From assembly GCF_009914755.1 (NCBI RefSeq), contig NC_060927.1: DNA of 64,000 bases; one strand, written 5' to 3'. The notes under the pieces are model-generated. The model was not told the DNA's origin. It ran no database searches and was given only the letters and a program-made list of their open reading frames with translations. Below are positions 48,560 to 60,446 of this stretch, piece by piece. The position numbers were made by a program, and so were the translations under genes. How positions within the stretch are numbered: position 1 is the first letter of the stretch; each line of letters starts with the position of its first letter. The DNA comes from the human T2T-CHM13v2.0 reference genome, Homo sapiens.

Positions 48560-49108
48560 GACTAGCGTCAGAACCACAGAGGCTATGGAGTACAATAAAA
48601 TGTAGATTATTAAAAAGGCACAAATAAAGAGCTGTGACCAAGTCGAGGAGAGCGACTAAAGCCACAGGCAGGATGTACTCAGGAGGAGGTTTTCAAACTG
48701 AGCTTTGACAAATGAATGGGGTGTTAGCAGCAGACTCCAGTCCGGAGCGCATCCCCCAGGCGGGCCTGCACATGAGCCAGAATAAGGTGGAGGATGCTTA
48801 GATGCGTGGGAAGCAGTCATTCAGGTCTCTTTCCAGAGGAGCAGAAGTCATTGTGGTGGGCGGGACTCTGCCACCGCTCAGCTATGTGACCTTGAGCCAA
48901 CCCGCTTACCTCCTTGTCCCCCTGACACCAGCCATCTCTCACTGGCCTAGCAGGCTGTGAGAAGCAAATGTGAGGGAAAAAAATACCTGAATGACTTGTG
49001 AAAAGTTTAAGCTGTCTGCAAACCTGGGGGGTGTTCATGGCAGTTGTATGGGCTGTATGTGCACATAGACAGCCTCAAAGATAATCATGCATAGAACCTA
49101 CAAGCAAA

Positions 49109-49406
49109 GGCCGAGTGTGGTGGCTCACGCCTGGAATCCCAGCACTTTAGGATGCTGAGGTGGATGGATCAACAGGTCAGGAGATCAAGACCATCCTGGC
49201 AAACATGGTGAAACCTTGTCTCTACTAAAAATACAAAAATTAGCTGGGCGTGCTGGTGCCTGCCTGTAATCCCACCTACTCAGGAGGCGGAGGCAGGAGA
49301 ATCGCTTGAACGAGGGAGTCAGAAGTTGCAGTGAGCCGAGATTGCACCACTGCACTCCAGCCTGGGAGACAGAACAAAACTCTGTCTCAAAAAAAAAAAA
49401 AAAAAG
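49109..49406 (+). mobile_element. Alu (AluSc-like)
   Basis: GGTCAGGAGATCAAGACCATCCTGG; A-tail. Confidence 0.96.
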
Positions 49407-49557
49407 AACTTAAAAGAAAAAATGTCAGCCCTGGATGGAAAGCTGCCTTTGTCCCTGGCTGAGCACATACTATTTTAAATAAATTCATTCAGTGCAGCTT
49501 GGTAATTTTCGAAAGCGTCATCCTTCAAGCTGGGCATGTGTGGACGTCCCGCCCCAC

Positions 49558-50075
49558 AGGACTGCAGTGCGTGCTCCCCGGGGTCTGTGCTGGAGGACTG
49601 CAGTGTGTGCTCCCCGGCCCGGGGTCTGTGCTGGAGGACTGCAGTGCGTGGTCCCCGGGGTCTGTGCTAGAGGACTGCAGTGTGTGCTCCCCAGCCTGGG
49701 GTCTGTGCTGGAGGACTGCAGTGCGTGCTCCCCGGCCCGGGGTCTGTGCTGGAGGACTGCAGTGCGTGCTCCCCGGGGTCTGTGCTGGAGGACTGCAGTG
49801 TGTGCTCCCTGGCCCGGGGTCTGTGCTGGAGGACTGCAGTGCGTGCTCCCCGGCCCGGGGTCTGTGCTGGAGGACTGCAGTGCGTGCTCCCCGGCCCGGG
49901 GTCTGTGCTGGAGGACTGCAGTGCGTGCTCCCCGGCCCGGGGTCTGTGCTGGAGGACTGCAGTGTGTGCTCCCCAGCCCGGGGTCTGTGCTGGAGGACTG
50001 CAGTGTGTGCTCCCCAGCCCGGGGTCTGTGCTGGAGGACTGCAGTGCGTGCTCCCAGGGTCTGTGCTGGGGACTG
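49558..50075. repeat. GC-rich minisatellite, ~13.5 units of 41/36 bp
   Basis: Unit GGGGTCTGTGCTGGAGGACTGCAGTG(C/T)GTGCTCCCC[GGCCC]; starts at 49580, 49621, 49657, 49698, 49739, 49775, 49816, 49857, 49898, 49939, 49980, 50021, 50056. Confidence 0.97.
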
Positions 50076-52021
50076 AGGACTGGACCAAGGAACACACTTT
50101 GTCCGGCGCGATCACAAAGGGGTCTTTGCGCATTCTCAGCCAGCTGGACTCGCGCTGGTAAACGCTGTGTTCCCTGCTCCCTCGCCCTTCCTCCAGGAAG
50201 CACCTCCTTCTGCCCCAGTCTGGATGATGCTTTTCCGCTCACACCCTTGAACCCACATTCCCAGCCCAAGGGGGAGTCCGCGGCCCCGGCAGTGCAGCCT
50301 GCAGCACCTGGCTCGCCTTCCTCTGCCCTGGGCCAAACCCTCAGACGCAAGAGAAACCAGAGCTTGCTCAGCTGGCCAGCACTCGGGTTCCTGTCCAAGT
50401 GTTTGTGGCTGGGCTTCCTGCTGACGGAAGGGCGGCCTGCAGCTCTCCTCTGACATCCCGAGAGGTGGCTCCCAGGGCCTGGCCGCCAAGCACGTCCAGC
50501 TGGCACCCGGCAGAGCTGCCGCGGTGGCTGCACTCTGCGCAGCTGTCCGTCGACATTCACAGGGATGCTGAGGTCAGGCTGCGAGAACTGTAAAGGGGAT
50601 TCCTTTGGGAAGAGAGGAAGCTGTGAATCAGAGCAGAAACGCTGGAGCTCAGGCTTGTCCTGGGCAGATGGCCAGAGCCTGCCTTACATACACCCCACCT
50701 TCCAGACCGACGGACCCCCTTGCTCCACTGAAGCCCGCCTCTCTCACCACCTGAGAACCTTTGCCGGTGTCCCCTCATGAGTCTCTACCACACAGCTTCC
50801 CTCGGCCCCAGGTGCACCAGAAACAGAGCCCAGGCACCCAGATTAGAGCCTGTCCTGGGCTATCAGGACCTCATGAAATTTAACTTCATGGAGAACCAGC
50901 TTCCCTTTCACAAGTGCAACTTGGAGAGTGAGAATACTTGCTAGGTATAATGTGTTTATTTTCCCAAGTTTCAAGGGCTGTGACATAGGAAACGGAGTCA
51001 GACTTACACTATATAGCTCCAGGGGCCTGAATAAGCATAACAGAGACAGAGTTTAAATAAGGAAAAAATAACCCACAAAATAGGCTGTCTCAGAAGGTAG
51101 TGAGCATCCTGTTATCAGGGGTATTCAACAGAGATCGCTTGCAGAAACTTTCAAGTGCTAGACTTTGAACTCTGTGAGGGGAGCACCCCACATCTGTCTC
51201 CATTCCCTGCTGCAGACACAGCACCCAGCGCAGTGCCTGACAGTTGGTGCGCCGAAGTATGTGTGGAAGGGAGGAAGAAAAAGAGGGAAGGGGATAGAAG
51301 ATAAAGATGGAGGGAGGAAAAGAGTCTGAGTACTTTGGAGAGCAAACTCTTCCTTTAAGGGAGAGGTTGGACAAGCTGGCTCTTGAGTCCAGCTGTCTCT
51401 GATTCCATGGTTCTGAGGTCAGGTTTATAGGTGCCCCCTCCAAAGGGTGTTGTGATATTAGCTGCAAAACAGAGCTTAGCAACTCTCCTCGGAGAGTGCT
51501 TGTTTCCAGGCAGAAGCCTTCTATCAGAGCACTCATCCGCAACCTCCCTGTCTTCCATCTTGTCATTCACTGCTACAGAACGCTGAAAAACGCAGAGTCC
51601 CCTTTGAAAGATGCAGAGCCCGAGGCTCCAAGAGGAGTGAATAGTCTGAGCTGGGACATCCTCAGGCTCTGGGTTCCAAGTCCAGCACCCCCTTGTCCCA
51701 TGCCTGTCAGTCTGTCTCACTGCTGGCCTCAGGTCCTTCATCCTTGAAGACTGATGTTATGTTATAACAGAATACCTGGTGTTTGTTTAAGCACCAGAAG
51801 TTCCCCTATCTTTTGAGAAATGCACAGAAAACAGATAATCCTCCAAAAATTATCCTCTTTCCCTGCCTCACTCTGGACAGAGAAAATGTTTGGACGTTAC
51901 CACAAATTGCAATCACCCATAGAGGATTTGGGAATATCTCCAGAGGCAAGTTGACTTTTCAGGGGCTAGTCCTCTGGATCGCCCCGTTGGAGGGATGCGA
52001 CATTTTTTTTCCCCCTGGGAC

Positions 52022-52165
52022 TTTTTTCTTTTTCTTTTCTTTTTTTTTTTTTTTTTTTTTTTTGAGACTGGAGTGTCACTCTGTTGCCTAGACTGGAGTG
52101 AAGTGGTGAAATTTTGGCTCACTGCAACCTCCACCCTCGGGTTCAAGCAATTCTCCTGCCTCAGG
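52022..52165 (-). mobile_element. Alu right-arm fragment
   Basis: Poly-T, GAGACTGGAGTGTCACTCTG...TTCTCCTGCCTCAG, then an abrupt end. Confidence 0.9.
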
Positions 52166-52989
52166 TCTTTTGTGAAGGTCTGACTAGCTGACGACTAGGT
52201 AGCTCCTGTGCTTGTTTGGCCTCAGATCCACGCCCTGCCCTCCCTCTGCTCTCTTTCGTCACAGGGGACCCACCCCTGCAAGCTACATTTGCCAAGGTCC
52301 CCATCTCCCACTGCCAGGAGACTGTGAGGAGGAAGAGGGAGGAAGCTGTCTCCCTTTATCTGACTGCTCCTCCTCTGGGGTCCCAGCTCCTGCCAGGGAA
52401 TCTCGCCCACGGTTTTAGCTCTCACTGGGTTCTGAAAACACCACCTCCTCTCTCTGTCCGCAGCCCAGGAATGGTGGCGTCTCCCTGTCCTGTGCTCTCT
52501 AGGTCACCTTTCCCCATGTTTGCACTTTCATCTTTCAGTACCTTTCCAAGCAGTTCCCCTCTATTAAGGTCTCCAGAACGAATTATGTTTTCTACCTGGA
52601 CTCTGCCTGTCTCCGTGTCACAGTGAACTTGTTGAGGCCCAGCCCAGAGAGGGTTAAAATGACAGAAGTATGGGACAGTTCAATCTCAACACCGCATTGA
52701 CGGTCAGAGAGGCAGGGCCAGGAAGGAGGTTCCAGGAAGGAAGATCAGGTCTGTGTTGGCCTGTGCGTGCGGAGGCCGCCCAAGTGCAGCCTTGGCTCTG
52801 TGTGGGGACCAGGGGGCCTGGAGCCGGCCCCAGCTGTCCTCCCACAGGCCCCTTTCTTCTCACGCTCAGCTGCACGAGGCCCCACCAGGCCTGGCCTCCT
52901 CCGACGCTATGACGCAGTGTCGGTGCCTCTCACGTCCATGGGCCAGACCGTGTGACTCAGCCTCTCAGGGCTCTGCGCGGGCCAAGCTT

Positions 52990-53145
52990 CCAGGTCCGCG
53001 TCACCTCCATCAAGGCAGGAGAGGAGGGCCAGGTCCACGTCACCTCCATCAAGGCAGGAGAGGAGGGCCAGGTCCGCGTCACCTCCATCAAGGCAGGAGA
53101 GGAGGGCCAGGTCCGCGTCACCTCCATCAAGGCAGGAGAGGAGGG
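52990..53145. repeat. 39-bp minisatellite, 4 copies
   Basis: CAGGTCC(G/A)CGTCACCTCCATCAAGGCAGGAGAGGAGGGC at 52991, 53030, 53069 and 53108. Confidence 0.96.
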
Positions 53146-53309
53146 GCTTCCTCAGTGACCTCAGCAAAGGAAGCAGGTGTCTTTGCTCTCCACTCCCAAA
53201 CCCAGGCCATCTGGGATGCAGGAGAGAGAGCCACAGACTCTGCCTTCTCCTCTCCCACCCACCCCTAAGGCCTCTCACTCCCTCAGGCTGATGGGTTCTG
53301 ACTGAGACT

Positions 53310-53594
53310 TTTTTCTCTCTCCTTTTTTTTTTTTTTTTTTAGATGGGAGTCTTGCTCTGTTGCCCAGGCTGGAGTGCAGTGGCGTGATCTCGGCTCACTG
53401 CAACCTCCAACCCCCAGGTTCAAGGGATCTCTTGCCTCAGCCTCCCGAGTAGCTGGGATTACAAGCATGTGCCACCGTGACCAGCTGATTTTTGTATTTT
53501 TAGTAGAGATGGGGTTTCGCCATGTTGGCCAGGCTGATCTCGAACTCCTGACCTCAGGTGATCCACCCACCTCGGCCTTCCACCGCACCCAGCC
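53310..53594 (-). mobile_element. Alu with a small internal deletion near its 5' end
   Basis: CTCGGCCTTC joined to CACCGCACCCAGCC (CCAAAGTGCTGGGATTACAGG segment missing); TSD CTGACTG(A/G)GACT. Confidence 0.95.
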
Positions 53595-53899
53595 CTGACT
53601 GGGACTGTTAACAGCTTTACCCAAACAGGGACCGAAGGAGAGGCTGACAGTGTTATTCAGGAGCACAGATGCACCAGGTAAGAGGGAGGAAAGCTGCACC
53701 TTGGCTTCTGCTACGTGCCAGCCACTGAGCTAAGTTCTGGCATGCATTTCATGTCCTTTCATCAGTCTATAATGGGAGAGAGTCAGTCCCCTAAAAATGC
53801 AGCAGGCCCCATTCAGTACATCTTCACTGGCTACTATGCATTCTGCAGGGTTGAGTAAACTATGGGTCCTGCCTTCCAGGAAAGTTAAGGACATAAAGT

Positions 53900-54175
53900 T
53901 TGGAATCACCCAAACCTGCCTGGGTGTGAATCCAGACTCCTACAATTAGTGTTTACGTGACCTTGGGCAAGTGATTCTTGTCCCCCGAGCCTCAGTTTTC
54001 TCATCTATGAAATGGGCATCATCATAATCTCATCTCATTGAGTTCTTGAAAGATTCTCTGTTTTCTCATCTATGAAATGGGCATAATGTTCTCATCTCAT
54101 TGAGTTCTTGAAAGATTTGTGTAAGTAACAAGCTTAGCATGGTGCCGGGCACAAAGTGAACACTCTTCAACAAGT
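53900..54175 (+). mobile_element. MIR with an internally duplicated core
   Basis: GTGACCTTGGGCAAGT...CCTCAGTTTTCTCATCTATGAAATGGG; core segment present twice. Confidence 0.85.
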
Positions 54176-54882
54176 CTGGGCTGTTTCTTGTTGAATTAAT
54201 GAGTCTAGGATACACGTTCAGTCCTAAGGTAGCACCTGGGAGTAGGAAAGCATTTGGGAAGGCCGCCCCACTACTTCCGTCAACCCTGAGAAGCCTTCTG
54301 ATCCTCACATAGGATAAAACGCAGCTCTTCCTTTCTCATGTTGGAAATCTCCAGTGACCTGACCTTGGAGGCATCCCACACGCCCTCAGTCCCCCGGCGG
54401 GCCCTGCCACCACCCCTCAGCGTTGCCGGATGTGCGGCTGAGGTCCAAGGTTTGGAGAGTTTCCGGGACTGGCCGGGTCACCCTGCGGCTCGGCCGTGTC
54501 TGGCAGCCCCACCCTTCCTGGCAGCCAGGCCCTCTGAAATTCCGCCAGCACCGGGGGACGAAGAAGGTCTTGCTAGGATGGGGGAGGGCGGGAAGACGGG
54601 GAGCACGAGCCGGCTTTGCCCTCCCATCCAGCCACGCGGAGAATCCATCCCTGGCGGTGCCGACTGCTCCTGCTAGTGGGGAAGGAAGCTCTTCCCGGCA
54701 CCAGGACCGAGCGCCTCCACCAGGCCTGCTAGAGGATCACACCTCCATCTCACCATAGAGCCCCCCACAGCCGAAAAAGCCCTCCCACATCCAGTTCCCC
54801 CAGACACTTGGTGGCTTTTCAGGAGACACGGTTCTAACACCCATTTCACAGAGAAGAGCACTGAGTCCGTCTCTGGCCGTGA

Positions 54883-55297
<415 letters not shown>

Positions 55298-56638
55298 TGA
55301 AAACTGGCATAGAGGAAGAAATGGCCACCTTCTCACCCATTGCCCACCCCTTTCCGCCTCCACCCCTCACACAAGCCTGACACCACCTTGACAAGAGGAC
55401 TGCTTCATTTCATTGCCCTGGGTCGCTAGAGCCTAGTGCCCCAGGGTGTGTTGACTGGCTCGCTCCTTTCCTGCCGGATCATCCTGCTTCTTCAAGCTCC
55501 ACCCATCTCAGGATCAGCCTTCCCTTCCAACCGCAGGCCTGACCCCACTGCTCTACAGGAGGAAAAGGCGCTCTGCGCTTTGTGGCCGGATCCGGGGTTC
55601 AGCAAGTCTCATCCTGGAGCTACCTCCATCAGAGTCAAGCTGTGCAGAGGCCCGGGGCAGCTCAGATGCTTGGGTGGGGGTGGCGAGGCACGGCTCCTGC
55701 CCTGTCAACAGAACCCGCAGAGGTCTTCAGGCTGCCCCCTTGAGAGCAGACTCTGTCACCCCTGCCCTGGCAAAGACCAATTGGAGAGAAGCCATTTTGG
55801 AGCCAGTCACTCATTAAGGAGGGGGAGGTGACCCTTGCCCTGCCTTCTTCCCTGAAAACAAAGTCCTTCCTTTGAGCTCTCCAGAGGCTGGCCTCCTGCA
55901 CTGAATGCAGCCACAAGCAGCCCCCAGGGAGCCCCAGGTCCTGGGGACAGGCCCCAGAGGCCTGGCTTGGAGACCCTGGCTTGGAGGCTCTCCCAGGCCT
56001 TGGAGCCTGCTCTCTTCCCTGGGATAGAGGGGAGGGCCTGCCACCCGCCACCCGCCTCCTGGATCCTGTCATGGGACAGAGCTGGGCCTGAGCTCAAGGA
56101 CAGAACAGGCAGACAGTGATCTGTGTTTTCTGGGAAGACAGCCAGTCCTCGTGCCCTCAGGCTTCCGGGCACTGAGGAGTATGGCCGAGCAGTCACCCGC
56201 CGCCCTGGCTCAGCCCCCTCCAGGCCCAGGCTGGGTGGGCACACCCCGTCCCTGGTATCCAGGCCAGAGAGCTGCAGCAGGAGGGGCCATCACGCTGCTC
56301 TCTCTCCCTCGCCTGTGGCTTCATAAACTAAACAGTACAGCATCAAGGGGAGCGGGCATGCAGGCTGAGCTCTGAGCCGTGCCAGCCTGTGCCCCAGGAC
56401 ACACAGAGGCATCGTTTGGTGGGTGCACCCTGAGCATGTCTCATCCTTTCCCCCTCAACGAGGCTGAGCTGCTCAAGGGCATGGGAAAAGCACTAATTTG
56501 GCCTCAAAACAGCATTGGGTTCCAGTTCCTGGGCAGTGCTGCCATCCACCCGTGGGACCATGGCGAGTCATTTCATCCCCTGAGCCTGTTTTTTCAGCTG
56601 CGCCGTGGGGCAGTAACCTCCGCTGTGCCCCTTCCTAG

Positions 56639-57014
<376 letters not shown>

Positions 57015-58859
57015 TCTCCCTACTAGGGTTTCATAAAATCTTATTGACCTGGTTTCATAATTCAATTTCACATATGAGGAGAAATGAAGGCCAGGGAGGG
57101 TGTAAGTCACTGGCCCGCAGATTGGAGCTGTCCTCAGGCATCCCTGGAGGCCCAACGAGCAGCCCGGCCAGGCCCGTTGTGGTTGACAGAGTTGGTGTCT
57201 GCCCACCCGAGGGCAGGACAAGTGGATGACCCCGAGCAGAGCCCCAGTAGGGAGCTGTAGGGGGCCTGGAGCTCACCTCTCATTCTCTTACTTAATGGAG
57301 AGAACTGCCCACCGCTCAGAGGAAGCGAGGCACTCTCCTGTCCCGCTCTCCCTGTGGGCTACTCAGAGCAAACCGAGGGAACCATGTTTCTAGGAAAGTA
57401 AATGGAGCTTGGATAGAATGGGGAAGGGGGTCAAAACCAGGTGCAGGAGAACCGTGTCAGGTGGTTCAACCCTGATGGTGAGAACTATCTTCCAATAGCC
57501 AAGGGCAGTCCTACAAGAAGGGATTGGACTCTATCTGACCCCAAAGGGTCTGATGAGGGCCCTAGAGCAAACGTCTATGGAGGGCAGATTTTGACTGCTA
57601 TAGGAACTTTCCAACAGAGGACGGACTGATCCTTGGCCGGCACACCTCCGGTCACTAGAAGTGTCCGTGCTAGATTGGACACACATGGTTGTGGGGAGGT
57701 GATTCTGGAAAGGAGATCACGAGTTAAGGATATCAGAGGATCCTCCCACTTCCTGGAGATTCCAGGCTTCTCTGTTCACCGCGGGCTGTGAGGTTATCCC
57801 TGGTATTAATTAGCAAGTGCTGCCTAAGAGGGTTATTTAGAACATAAGTGCTTGGCCAGAGCGTCTGCTGGTGCCGCCCCAAGCGCTACACATCTTGTAC
57901 ACATTATCGACATGTAGGAGCGGCCTGGGCTTCCATCAGGACAGGCAGTTTAATGGGTTATACATGGTTCTGTTCCCACGTAACTTTCTGCGTATGCAAA
58001 AAAAAAAAAAAAAGCATCTCTTTACCCTCGCTAAGAGCCCACGGGGGCGCCTCACACTTACTGCCACGAAGTAAGCATGTGACCTTTGCAGTGCCAGGAA
58101 AAACAAGTCCGAGCAAGAAAACAACCCACCCTGAAATGCGGTGGGCCGACTGCTTAGGGCTGGGTGGTCCCCCAGCTGCCACACACGAGTTTGATGCGTG
58201 GCGTTCACCGGCCAAAATCCACACCCTAGCCACCCGAGGCAGGAGGGGAGGAAAGTGCCACGCAGTGGCCCGTACCTAGGGAGGCTGCCGTCACTCTTGA
58301 GGCTGGAACTGCAAAGCTGCGTGCAGCTCCCTGCCTGTCCAGCCACCCCATCGGCCTGGAGCTAGGCCAGCAGGCGGCCAGCTGTGGACTGGCTGCAGGT
58401 GTGAGGAAAACCAGCAACCAAGTGTCAGGAGGGTGGAGGAGCAGCCTTCATCTTAAAAGGGGGCCCAGCCCAGGCCCCCAGGAAAATGCAGCTCTAAATG
58501 ACAGGGTGCTGGGCTCCTTCAGGCAAATTAATGTCATCAGACCAGGTTACATTTCATCCTGTTTTCATCTGAACCACAATGGATGTGCATGGGAAGGGCT
58601 GCAGGTGCTCAGATGTCACCCGGAAGAAGTGAAGGACAGTATCTCACAGGACCTAGAAAACAAGAGCGGGAGAGCATCGTGCCCAAGGCCTGTCCTGGGA
58701 CAAATCAGTGGCAGAACTAGATCTAGAGCCACGTCTCCAGAGTCCCCATTCACTTTCACCAAGCTCCATGCCACCTGAATGACAGGTTGGAGGAGGTAAG
58801 CCCAATCTGATACCTGCTGCTTCTGGGACCCACCTGACGTGGTTCTCTCTCTCCTCCCT

Positions 58860-59150
58860 CTTCAGACCTTGGAGCCAGTGCTGTGCCCTCTGCCTGGGAT
58901 GCTCTTCATGTCTCTGCAGCCAGCTCCTCGGAGCATCTCCACCTCCGCTCAGATGTTGCCTCCTCCAGGAGGCCTTTCCTGACTGAGCTCTCTCTGCATC
59001 ACTGCCTCAAGCTAATTTTCTTTAGAGCACTCTCTGATGTCTTCTTGTTTGTTTCTGTGTGTGTTTCATCTGTCTCCTTACCTGAAAATTTAAGTACCAG
59101 GAAAGCAGGCACCAATAGGAGCTCAACAAATAGAATATAGTTGAATGACC
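58860..59150 (+). mobile_element. L2 3' fragment
   Basis: GCTGTGCCCTCTGCCTGGGATGCTCTT...AATAGGAGCTCAACAAATAG...TTGAATGA. Confidence 0.7.
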
Positions 59151-60446
59151 AAAAGAGAATTTCATGTTGAATTGCCAGCGGCCCAGAGTGCATGGGGATT
59201 ATGAATATTGGTGGAGATATTTTTAAACCTTACATTTTGAACCATGCGAGGTTCTCCCTCTGGTGACTCACAAGGTCCCTGCCGGCACCTCCAGGCTTTG
59301 TGCTCACAGATCCTGAGACTTCACAGGGAAAAGAGGACAAAAGTGGTTTCCTGGTCCCTTAAAGAGCCAATGGGATTTTCTGAGAAGAACCTTTCTTTGT
59401 TTTCCTTCTCACTCAAGAGAGAGGGTTCACAGCCTGCTCTCCCCTCCCTCCCGCCTCCCATAATTGCTTCCCTCCCTTCTTCTTCCATCCTGAGTATTTG
59501 TCATTCTCTGCTTGTGGCAAATTGCTTTTCACCTTTGAAAACCAAGAATGGTTGCTACCCAAGACAGCCTGGAAGTTTTTTGCAAGCAGGGAGGTGTTTA
59601 GCAATAGAAGACACTGTTGATGACTCTCCCCAGCTGTGGCATCACTGAAATTCAATTTACTAAGCATTTATGGACAGCCTATGAGATGGGTACTGTGGGG
59701 GATAGCCTGGTGATGCAGAGGTGGGTCTTGCCTCTTAGGGACTCTCAGGCCAGTAAGAAAGAGATCATTTTTACTCAAGAGATGTTTTATTAAGTGCTTG
59801 CTAAAGGCCAAATACTGGTAGGCCTACAGTGAATGAGGATTCGCCTTGCCCTCAAGGAGTTCATTGTCATGTGAAGAAGGAGAAATTACTGACAATTTCA
59901 AACTTCAGTTTTACATTCTGTGAAGGGAGACATGCAGATGAAAGGAGAGAGTGGCAGGGAGCTAAGGGAGCAGACGGGAAGTTCAGCTGCACGGAGAGGT
60001 GGGAGCTAGGCAGGACGAGGGGGGTTGGTCATTAGTGGGAAGGGGCATCAGGCAGAGAAACGCCAGACTCCTATTACATCTTCCACTGTGCGGGGCAGAG
60101 GTGGGAATGAGCTTGCTTGGTCCAAGGACTGAAAGGAGATTTGTGTGGCTGGAGAGGAGGCAGGAAGTGGACAGCATGAGCCAAGCCAAGGCTGCAGAGG
60201 CTGGCAAGGGAAACACCGAGGCCAGGAGGCCAGGAGAAGGTTTGCAGAATGGTTAGTGTTCAATCGCAACAAAAAGCCAAGGGGGCGGTGAAAGACAAGG
60301 CTAAAATATCTGTTAGGCCCAAGATCACGCCAGCAAGGGGAGTCCAGGGACCCTGGGGCTGAAGGGGGAAGGCTGTCGGTGCGGACCCCAGTCTAGAGGC
60401 TGTTGCAGAATAAGTGATAAATGACAAGGGCCACAGCAGAGTGGCA

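Noticed and set aside
49558-50075. CRISPR-like array
   Set aside because: Units are head-to-tail with no unique spacers, there are no cas genes, and the DNA is primate.
49492-50560. Overlapping 194-297-aa ORFs on both strands
   Set aside because: Produced by the stop-poor minisatellite; the 41-bp units shift frame, and several frames are open at once.
52753-53278. ORFs with 13-aa repeats (GPRHLHQGRRGGP, QVRVTSIKAGEEG)
   Set aside because: In-frame only because the VNTR unit is 39 bp; open in several frames and on both strands.
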